NCBI GenBank assembly: GCA_964549165.1
Contig: CAZJUH010000001.1
Span: 140,566 to 191,792 of the forward strand
DNA: 51,227 nt
Origin: an uncultured Gammaproteobacteria bacterium
GTDB taxonomy: Bacteria; Patescibacteriota; Microgenomatia; UBA12405
Reading direction: 5' to 3'
Numbering within the stretch: the stretch's first letter is position 1; every line of letters begins with the position of its first letter. Positions 44,179 to 51,227 of the stretch are shown here, piece after piece. The notes under the pieces were generated by a model, which saw nothing but the letters and a program-made list of their open reading frames with translations, searched no databases and was not told the origin of the DNA. The position numbers and the translations under genes are program-made.

Positions 44179-44946
44179 ATGAATCTTCGTCTCATCTCCT
44201 GGAACCTTGCCGGTATGCGTGCTGCTGTCAAAAAAGGCCTTTGGGACTTTGTTAAAAAAGATAACGCCGATATTTATTGCTTTCAGGAAGTAAAAGCTAA
44301 GGCCGATCAGGTTCCGCTTTTGGAATGTCCCAATTCTTATCATAAATTTTGGAATCCCGCTGTCAAAGCTGGTTACTCCGGTGTGGCCACCTTCACCAAA
44401 ATAGAACCAAAATCAGTCATTATCGGCGACCGCGACAATGATTGGGACGACGAGGGTAGGGTGATTATAACCAAATTCGATGAATTTACTCTTCTCAATG
44501 TTTATTTCCCAAATGGCCAGCGCGACCTTGCTCGACTCGATTTTAAAATGAAATTTTACGATTATTTTTTAAATTATATTGACAAGCTTCGGGACAGGGG
44601 AGAGAAAGTAATTTTCTGTGGCGATGTCAATACTGCTCACACCGAAATTGATTTAGCTAGGCCAAAAGACAACATTAAAACTTCTGGCTTCTTACCAATA
44701 GAACGCGCTTGGATGGACAAATTAGTTGCTCATAATTGGACTGATACATACCGCCTCATTAATGATAACAAAGTAGAGTATTCTTGGTGGTCCCAGCGCT
44801 CTGGCGCCCGCCCCAAAAACATTGGCTGGCGCATTGATTATTTCTTTATTGATAAAAAATTAGAATCTAAAATTACTGACGCCTTTATTCTTACTGATGT
44901 TATGGGCAGCGACCATTGTCCTATCGGAATCGAAATTAAACTATAA
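44179..44946 (+). CDS. xth: Exodeoxyribonuclease III / AP endonuclease
   Basis: SWN.AG.RA, FQEVK, GYSGVA, EGR, NVYFPNG, GDVNTAH, GWRIDY and SDHCP motifs. Confidence 0.96.
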   Translation: MNLRLISWNLAGMRAAVKKGLWDFVKKDNADIYCFQEVKAKADQVPLLECPNSYHKFWNPAVKAGYSGVATFTKIEPKSVIIGDRDNDWDDEGRVIITKFDEFTLLNVYFPNGQRDLARLDFKMKFYDYFLNYIDKLRDRGEKVIFCGDVNTAHTEIDLARPKDNIKTSGFLPIERAWMDKLVAHNWTDTYRLINDNKVEYSWWSQRSGARPKNIGWRIDYFFIDKKLESKITDAFILTDVMGSDHCPIGIEIKL

Positions 44947-45616
44947 ATCTTTTTGTGCCCTCTTTTTTTAACCACTGGTTATTTTCTCTCCAGTTCTTGT
45001 CGTATACCGAGAGCTGCTCCCAGAAGGCTTTAGAATGATTTTTGACCGTTAAATGGGTCAATTCGTGAAGAATTACATGTTCAAATTTATCTACTGGGAA
45101 AAGGATTATTTGCCAGTTAAAATTTAGTGAGCCTCTCCCTGAGCAGGATCCATATCTTGAGCTTTGATTTTTTATCCCGACATTTCCATATGATAATTTA
45201 TATTTCGCAGCCAGCTGCTTGGTTTTTTCTTTTATTAATTTACTAGCGAGAACTCTCATTTTTTTATCAATTATTTTTTTAATTTCGGTTTTTTTTGAAT
45301 AGTTAATAAATATCTTTTTATCGAGAATTACCAGTGAATCGTGTAAATTTTTTTTTGATTCTACTTCATAAATTTCTCCCAAAATACTTATTTTTTTTAT
45401 TTTATTTAGATTTCTTCTCTTTTTTATCTTTTCATTTTGTCTTAGAATCCAGCTTTCGTTATTTTTTATGAATTTTTTTACGACTATAATGGGCATAAGC
45501 CAGGGGACAGTTATCACTATTTTATTTTTTTCAATTATCCTAAGCCGCATTGTCTGAACTCTTTTTTTGTTTATTTCTACCAAAAAATATTTCTCTCCAA
45601 TCTTAATTTTTTCCAT
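44936..45616 (-). CDS. YgjP/SprT-like (DUF45, M48-related) zinc metalloprotein
   Basis: SRYGSCS...LNFNW and HVILHELTHL...NHS..FW motifs. Confidence 0.88.
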   Translation of the reverse strand: MEKIKIGEKYFLVEINKKRVQTMRLRIIEKNKIVITVPWLMPIIVVKKFIKNNESWILRQNEKIKKRRNLNKIKKISILGEIYEVESKKNLHDSLVILDKKIFINYSKKTEIKKIIDKKMRVLASKLIKEKTKQLAAKYKLSYGNVGIKNQSSRYGSCSGRGSLNFNWQIILFPVDKFEHVILHELTHLTVKNHSKAFWEQLSVYDKNWRENNQWLKKEGTKRFIV

Positions 45617-45638
45617 AAATGTTAATATAGTATAAGGG

Positions 45639-46076
45639 ATGATATATATTGCTGCTGACCATCGTGGTTTTCGATTAAAAGAAGAGATAAAAAAATGGCT
45701 CGAAACTGAGCTTTACGAATTTCGTGATTTGGGCGCCTTTGAATATGACCGGGACGATGATTATCCCAACTTTGCCATAAAACTCGGAGAAACCGTTATT
45801 AGAGAAAACGCCAGGGGAATCTTGATTTGTGGCTCTGGCGCCGGCGCCTCTATTGCTGCCAATAAGGTTAAAGGCATTCGAGCTGGACTTTGTACCTCAG
45901 TCAAGCAAGCCACCTCTGCCCGAAGTGATGACAACATCAATCTCCTTTGCTTAAGTGCCGACTGGGTAAGTGTCGAAGATAATCAAAAAATTACTGAGAC
46001 TTTTTTGAAGACCTTGTTTTCGAGTGAGGAGCGCCACATTAGAAGAATTAATCAAATCAAAGACTATGAAACTTAG
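45639..46076 (+). CDS. rpiB: Ribose-5-phosphate isomerase B
   Basis: AADHRGF.LK, DDYP, ICGSGAG, ANKVKGIRA and RHIRRI motifs. Confidence 0.93.
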   Translation: MIYIAADHRGFRLKEEIKKWLETELYEFRDLGAFEYDRDDDYPNFAIKLGETVIRENARGILICGSGAGASIAANKVKGIRAGLCTSVKQATSARSDDNINLLCLSADWVSVEDNQKITETFLKTLFSSEERHIRRINQIKDYET

Positions 46077-47079
46077 AAGCGTTGAGGGAATTATTCCCCA
46101 GATTAGGGTTGTTTTGCGCTTAGACCTTGATCTTCCCTTTTTTGACAATAAAATTATTGATAACTCACGACTCTTAAAATCTCTTCCAACTATAAAATTA
46201 TTGCTAGAAAAAAATTGCAAAATTTTAATTATCGGACATCGAGGTCGGCCAAGTGGTATTGAAGACAAATATACTCTTCGCCCGATCTATCTCGAATTAA
46301 TGTCTTTGCTCGAACCAAATGGTGAGAATTTAATTGAAAGTGTTTTTATGCCAGAAATTAATTTTGAGCAGATAGATCAGGCCTTGGCCGTTAATAATAT
46401 CGTTTTTTTAGAAAACATTCGTTTTTGGCCCGGTGAAGAACAAAATAGTTCTGATTTTCTCTCTCCCTTAAGTAGTTTTTGTCAAGCCTATGTCAACGAT
46501 GCCTTTGCGGTCGCTCACCGTGCTCATGCCTCGATTACTCTTTGGCAATATTTACCCAGTTTTTATGGTTTAAGTTTTGTTGAGGAATATAATCATCTTG
46601 ATTCTTTAAGAGATCCCTCTCGGCCCCTTACTCTTATTTTAGGTGGTGCCAAAGAAGATAAGTTAAAACATCTTGATAAATTAATCCCGCAATGCGACCA
46701 CATTTTGATTGGTGGCAAACTACCCCAGCTTTTGTCTCTCAGAGATTCAAAAATTATCCCTGCCGTTTTGACTTCTGACACTTTTGATATTAACGAAGAA
46801 TCTATTGTCAAATTTACTGAAATAATAAATAGTTCAAAAACTATTATTTGGATTGGTGCTATGGGATTTTACGAAAACGAAAATTATCGAAATGGCACCG
46901 AAAAAATCGCTACCGTTATTGCTGCCACAACTGCTTATAAAGTTATCGCCGGTGGTGATACCTTGGCCTCAGTATCAAATTTAAATCTTAACCAAAAATT
47001 TGATTTTATCTGTAGTGGTGGGGGAGTTCTTCTTGAATTTTTAGTCAACCCGAATCTTCCGGCTTGGTCAAATCAATAA
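46066..47079 (+). CDS. pgk: Phosphoglycerate kinase (compact)
   Basis: RLDLDLP, GHRGRP, LENIRF, VNDAFAVAHRAHAS, GGAK, AGGDT and SGGG..LEFL motifs; start ATG 46066. Confidence 0.92.
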   Translation: MKLRSVEGIIPQIRVVLRLDLDLPFFDNKIIDNSRLLKSLPTIKLLLEKNCKILIIGHRGRPSGIEDKYTLRPIYLELMSLLEPNGENLIESVFMPEINFEQIDQALAVNNIVFLENIRFWPGEEQNSSDFLSPLSSFCQAYVNDAFAVAHRAHASITLWQYLPSFYGLSFVEEYNHLDSLRDPSRPLTLILGGAKEDKLKHLDKLIPQCDHILIGGKLPQLLSLRDSKIIPAVLTSDTFDINEESIVKFTEIINSSKTIIWIGAMGFYENENYRNGTEKIATVIAATTAYKVIAGGDTLASVSNLNLNQKFDFICSGGGVLLEFLVNPNLPAWSNQ

Positions 47080-47102
47080 AGAGTTTTGTTGTATTATTAA
47101 TT

Positions 47103-48137
47103 ATGGCAAGTAAAAAATTAAAAATCGGTATTAATGGTTTTGGTCGTATCGGCACCGTTGTTCTTCGGGCAATTTTAATGGAAAAATATGATGTTGAAGT
47201 AGCGGCCGTTAATACCCGGGGTGAGCTCGAAATGGAAGCCTATGCCTATCAGTTTAAATACGATTCCGTCTATGGGCGATTTCCCGGGAAAATTTCTTTT
47301 TCTGAGCCACAAAAAGCACGCGAAACTGGCCGTCTTCTCATTAACGATTTAGAGATTCCTTTTCTTGGAGAGGGTGATCCCGCCCAAATTCCCTGGAATA
47401 ATTATGGGGTTGATATCGTTTTAGAATGTACCGGTGCCTTTACTGATTCCAAAGCCGGCCTTCATCTCAAAGGTGGAGCCAAAAAAGTCATTATTTCTGC
47501 TCCCGCTAAAGATCCCAAGATTCCTGTTTATATTTTGGGTGTCAATGCTGATAAATATCATGGTGAAACCCTTATTTCTAATGGCTCCTGCACTACCAAC
47601 TGTGTCGCCCCGATTGTTAAATTAATTGATCAAAAAATCGGTTTTCAAGAAGGAGTCTTAACTACCATTCACGCCTATACTACCAATCAAAATATTGTTG
47701 ATGGTAGTGGCAAAGATCCCCGTCGCGCCCGCGCCGCCGCTATCAACATTGTCCCTACTTCTACTGGTGCTGCCGAGGCTGTTATTGCCGCTTATCCTGA
47801 GGCCAGAGGTCGCTTTGCCGGTACCGCCATCCGAGTTCCTGTTATTTGTGGCTCTTATTCTGATTTAACTTTTAAATTAGTTCGCTCTTCAACAGTTGAA
47901 GAAATAAATGCTCTTTTTGAAGATGCTGCCTCTCAATCTTCGCTCGTCGGGAAATTAAAAGTCTCTTATGAACCTTTAGTTTCTTCAGATATTATCGGCA
48001 ATAATTCTTCATGTCTTATCGATACTCGGATGACCAAAGTTGTCAGTGATGATATGGTCTCCATTGGCGCCTGGTATGACAATGAATATGGTTATAGCTG
48101 TCGCCTTATCGAAATGGCTCTCCACATATGGAAATAA
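47103..48137 (+). CDS. gap: Glyceraldehyde-3-phosphate dehydrogenase type I
   Basis: GINGFGRIG, SNGSCTTNC, TTIHAYT and WYDNEYGYS motifs; start ATG 47103. Confidence 0.96.
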   Translation: MASKKLKIGINGFGRIGTVVLRAILMEKYDVEVAAVNTRGELEMEAYAYQFKYDSVYGRFPGKISFSEPQKARETGRLLINDLEIPFLGEGDPAQIPWNNYGVDIVLECTGAFTDSKAGLHLKGGAKKVIISAPAKDPKIPVYILGVNADKYHGETLISNGSCTTNCVAPIVKLIDQKIGFQEGVLTTIHAYTTNQNIVDGSGKDPRRARAAAINIVPTSTGAAEAVIAAYPEARGRFAGTAIRVPVICGSYSDLTFKLVRSSTVEEINALFEDAASQSSLVGKLKVSYEPLVSSDIIGNNSSCLIDTRMTKVVSDDMVSIGAWYDNEYGYSCRLIEMALHIWK

Positions 48138-48721
48138 TCCCCACCATTCTCGAAAAAGATTTTAATTTAGCTGAAGATCGTTTTGAAAAAATAAAAAAAA
48201 TGTCTTCCTGGATTCAAATTGATGTGGTGGACAATGTTTTTGCTCCGGGAAAAAGTTTCGAGCTTGAATTAATTTCTAAATTTAGTCAAATAAATTCTAC
48301 TCTTTGGGATATTCATTTGATGGTTAAAGAGCCGGTAAACTGGCTTAAAAAATGTCTCCATGTGGATGCTTCTCGCGTTTATGCTCAAGTTGAAATGATG
48401 TCTGACAGAGAAATCTTTGTTACGGAGGCGAAAAATTCCGGTCTTGAAGTTGGTTTAGCTTTTGACATTGATACTCCAGTCGATAATATCCCCGATGAAT
48501 GTGATTTTATTTTATTGATGGGTAGACAGGCTGGTTTTGGTACATATTCTTTTGATGAAAAGATATTTCAAAAAATTGCTGAAGCCAAAAAATTCGGTAA
48601 AAAAGTAGCCATTGATGGGGGAATTAATCGAGACAATTTTTCTCAAATAAAACAATTCGGAGTTGATATTATTTATTTAGGTCAATATTTTTTAGATTTA
48701 ATTCATGAAAAAGAAAATTAA
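48128..48721 (+). CDS. rpe: Ribulose-phosphate 3-epimerase
   Basis: IQIDVVD, DIHLMV, LLMG..AGFG and IDGGIN motifs. Confidence 0.88.
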   Translation: MEIIPTILEKDFNLAEDRFEKIKKMSSWIQIDVVDNVFAPGKSFELELISKFSQINSTLWDIHLMVKEPVNWLKKCLHVDASRVYAQVEMMSDREIFVTEAKNSGLEVGLAFDIDTPVDNIPDECDFILLMGRQAGFGTYSFDEKIFQKIAEAKKFGKKVAIDGGINRDNFSQIKQFGVDIIYLGQYFLDLIHEKEN

Positions 48722-49292
48722 AAAACGTCTTCGCATTGCCTTTTTTGGCGATGCTGATGTCAAAAAAAGAAGCCCTAGTTTTATTGATGCTTATGATACT
48801 GCTCAGCTTTTAAGTAAAAATAACTTTACCATTATCAATGGTGGTGGGCCGGGCATTATGCTGGCCTCAACCCTTGGGGCAGTTTCCGTACATGGCCGAG
48901 TCGAAGCTGTAGTGATAAATCCAAAAAATCAACCAACTACTCGTTACGAAGGCCAGTATCCTGAAAATATTTCTCAGGTTAAACGAATCTATTTTTTAAA
49001 ATCTTACCAGGGCAGGCTAAATAAATTGATTAAACTCGCCAGTGCTTACGTTATTTTTTACGGTGGCACCGGCACTCTCACCGAAATGTCTTTTGTCTGG
49101 AGCGAAGCCAAATTTGCCTATCCTCGTCAAAAACCCATCATTTTTTATGGCAAAAAATGGCAAAAAATTATCAAGACCATTACCTCAGAATTAAAGTTCG
49201 AAAAAATTGAAAAACAAATCTGCTATTTTGTCGACAAACCCGAGCAGGTATTGGAAATTATCAGGACATATTCCAAATTAAAAATAAAATAA
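48705..49292 (+). CDS. LOG/SLOG family protein
   Basis: IINGGGPGIM and GGTGTL.E motifs. Confidence 0.8.
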   Translation: MKKKIKKRLRIAFFGDADVKKRSPSFIDAYDTAQLLSKNNFTIINGGGPGIMLASTLGAVSVHGRVEAVVINPKNQPTTRYEGQYPENISQVKRIYFLKSYQGRLNKLIKLASAYVIFYGGTGTLTEMSFVWSEAKFAYPRQKPIIFYGKKWQKIIKTITSELKFEKIEKQICYFVDKPEQVLEIIRTYSKLKIK

Positions 49293-49348
49293 TTTTTTAA
49301 AAAATATTTCCCTCCATTTTGAAGGGGGGGTAGGGTGGGTTTTGTTTT

Positions 49349-50434
49349 TTACTCCAGATAGTCCTGCAATTTTTTTCTTCGGCTTGGGTGTCTTAATTTT
49401 CTTAAAGCTTTAGCTTCAATTTGTCGAATTCTCTCTCTGGTCACATTAAATATTTTCCCTACTTCTTCGAGTGTTTTTGGAGTTTCTCCCATCAGTCCAA
49501 AGCGCAGTGATAGTACCTTGGCTTCTCTTTCGTCAAGGCTTTCAAGCACTTCTTCAATCGATTCCCGAAGCAATTCTTTAGAGGTTTCTTCATAAGGGCT
49601 TGGCTGGGTTAAATCCTCAATAAAATCTCCGAGAAATGAATCCTCATCATCGCCAACAGGAGTAGCGAGAGAGGTTGTATCTTGAGAAATTCGGTATATT
49701 TCTTCCACTTTTTCCACGGTTATTCCAACTTCCGCCGCAATTTCTTCAATGGTCGGTTCTCGTCCCAGTCTTTGGGTCAGAGCTCTCGTCGCTTTGTAAA
49801 CTTTATTAATTGTTTCGACCATGTGAACTGGGATTCTAATAGTTTTAGCCTGATCGGCAATTGCTCGGGTAATGGCCTGTCTTATCCACCAGGTAGCATA
49901 GGTTGAAAATTTAAAACCTCGTTTCCAATCAAATTTTTCCACCGCTCTCATTAGTCCCTGATTTCCTTCCTGAACAAGATCGAGAAAGGTCAAACCCCTC
50001 CCAATATATTTTTTGGCAATTGACACCACCAGCCTTAAATTAGCATTGATTAAATGGGCCCTTGCCTCACCCGAGCCTTTTTCAATCGCTTTGGCCAGCT
50101 CTACTTCTTTTTCAAAATTTATCAAATCAATTTTCCCAATTTCCTTTAAATACATTCGCACTGAGTCCATGCTATTTTTTTGAGATAAAAGTGCCAAAAG
50201 ATCGGCACTACTCAGTTTTCCTTTTTCAGAATCAATTATCTCTCTGGACTCGACTTTATCAAAAATGTCTATCCCTTTATCAAAGAGATAATCAAAAAGT
50301 TGATCAATTTGTTCAATAAATTTTTCCGGTTCAGGGATTAGAGCTAAAATTTCATCATTGGTTAGATATCGGAGTTTCTTTGCCTGAGCCACTAACTTAG
50401 TTTTTATTTGAGAAATATTTATTGTTGCGGCCAT
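49349..50434 (-). CDS. rpoD: Primary RNA polymerase sigma factor
   Basis: [45 protein letters not shown] and [16 protein letters not shown] motifs. Confidence 0.97.
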   Translation of the reverse strand: MAATINISQIKTKLVAQAKKLRYLTNDEILALIPEPEKFIEQIDQLFDYLFDKGIDIFDKVESREIIDSEKGKLSSADLLALLSQKNSMDSVRMYLKEIGKIDLINFEKEVELAKAIEKGSGEARAHLINANLRLVVSIAKKYIGRGLTFLDLVQEGNQGLMRAVEKFDWKRGFKFSTYATWWIRQAITRAIADQAKTIRIPVHMVETINKVYKATRALTQRLGREPTIEEIAAEVGITVEKVEEIYRISQDTTSLATPVGDDEDSFLGDFIEDLTQPSPYEETSKELLRESIEEVLESLDEREAKVLSLRFGLMGETPKTLEEVGKIFNVTRERIRQIEAKALRKLRHPSRRKKLQDYLE

Positions 50435-50463
50435 AACTTTTTATTTTATCAAAATTAGTCCTC

Positions 50464-51227
50464 TCAAGATCTAGCTCTTTGCAATATTGCCAGTTTGGTC
50501 AATATTTGAGCGTAATTTGCCTCAACTTTGGCAATTTCTTTTTCGTCTCCAGAGGCTTCTAGATTAGCAATTATACCACTTAATGATTTTAGCCTGTCCT
50601 TTAGCTCAAGTTCCTCAATTTGAATAATAATTTTCTTTCTTTCTTTTTTTCTTTCTTGGCTCTGGCCTTGTTCTTCAAAGGCCTTCAAATATATACCATT
50701 AAAAGTATCAACGAGTTCTGGGTCTATTTTTTCTACTATTTTTTTGGCGTCAAAATTTTTTATCTTTTCTATCATTTCTCCTATCTTTTTAAATCGTGGT
50801 GTTTTCCACTTGAGCAGTTTAATCGCTATTTTTGGTTTTTGCAGCCTCAACGACAAGATTAAGTATCTTTCTTCTAGCCTTTCTCTGAGGTCTCCCTTTT
50901 CTTCAACTTTGTTTATTTCTTTAAGGTTGGATATGTTTTCTTTATTTTGGTTTAAATATTTTTTAAATTCTTCAATCACGCTTTCTTCACTCGAATCTAG
51001 AGTCTGAGAGACCTTTTTTAAATAATCGGCTCTAATTACTAAATTATTTATTTTAGCGAGAAATGGCAAAACGGTCGCTAAAATTAATTTTTTTCCTCTG
51101 GGAGTCTCAGTCCCATAACTTTTAACTCCAGAAGCCAATATAAAATCCCAAATAGTTTCTGTTTCTTTTAGCTTTTTTTTAAAAAAAACTAGGTCTTTGT
51201 TTACCGTCTCATCCGGATCTTTGTATT
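50464..51227 (-). CDS. dnaG: DNA primase, C-terminal part (5' partial)
   Basis: Frame is open to the window edge with YKDPDE (end of TOPRIM); directly upstream of rpoD. Confidence 0.8.
   Translation of the reverse strand, partial: YKDPDETVNKDLVFFKKKLKETETIWDFILASGVKSYGTETPRGKKLILATVLPFLAKINNLVIRADYLKKVSQTLDSSEESVIEEFKKYLNQNKENISNLKEINKVEEKGDLRERLEERYLILSLRLQKPKIAIKLLKWKTPRFKKIGEMIEKIKNFDAKKIVEKIDPELVDTFNGIYLKAFEEQGQSQERKKERKKIIIQIEELELKDRLKSLSGIIANLEASGDEKEIAKVEANYAQILTKLAILQRARS

Noticed and set aside
44110-44343. 77-aa minus-strand ORF
   Set aside because: Antisense to xth and its promoter; shadow ORF.
9492-47102. Long N-terminal extensions given by the ORF track (starts 9492, 12678, 14573, 14814, 20436, 21530, 41730, 46024, 47064)
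   Set aside because: They overlap neighbouring genes or promoters; downstream ATG or GTG starts fit -10 boxes and family N-termini better.
51173-51188. T8-A8 homopolymer palindrome in dnaG as a phase-variation site
   Set aside because: Frame is intact (VFFKKK) in an essential gene, and such runs are common in this AT-rich sequence.
1-51227. Alternative genetic code (TGA as Gly or Trp) as in some CPR lineages
   Set aside because: Conserved genes are full length under code 11 and several end at TGA.

Overview
A 51 kb chromosomal segment from a Patescibacteria (CPR) bacterium using genetic code 11, most likely of the Microgenomates group. This is inferred from the archaeal-type short TpiA, CPR-type pilins, unlinked 16S rRNA and C1:G72 short-arm tRNA-Tyr, not from a database search. 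Most of the window is housekeeping: sugar-phosphate metabolism (split transketolase, fba, pfkB, tpiA, rpiB-pgk-gap-rpe), cell envelope (two PBPs, glycosyltransferases, MraY/WecA-like, VanW, SpoIID, uppS, pilins), tmRNA/smpB, 16S rRNA, recF, xth and dnaG-rpoD. Four things stand out. (1) A ~7.3 kb island integrated at the 3' end of tRNA-Tyr by a large serine recombinase. It carries a complete retron-like module: sigma70 promoter, ~300 nt structured leader with msr/msd-like architecture, 65-aa small protein, XRE HTH, and an RT with NAxxH and VTG motifs and an unusual WVDD active site. A DUF4145-like gene and a trypsin-like protease follow. (2) Two families of tiny repeats sit in frame inside housekeeping genes and structural RNAs: GAAGATT/GTAAATT heptamers (KIEDCKL) and CCGCC...GGCGG palindromes (SAKGGSASGG and relatives), with one clear filled-versus-empty site. 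A small GIY-YIG nuclease gene preceded by related palindromes is a speculative mobiliser. (3) The tmRNA tRNA-like domain lacks the G3:U70 and A73 alanine identity elements and a canonical T-loop, and the neighbouring SmpB is diverged. (4) Many host genes have a -10 box 5-7 nt before the start codon, implying leaderless mRNAs. All product calls come from motif recognition by eye; no searches or folding programs were run.
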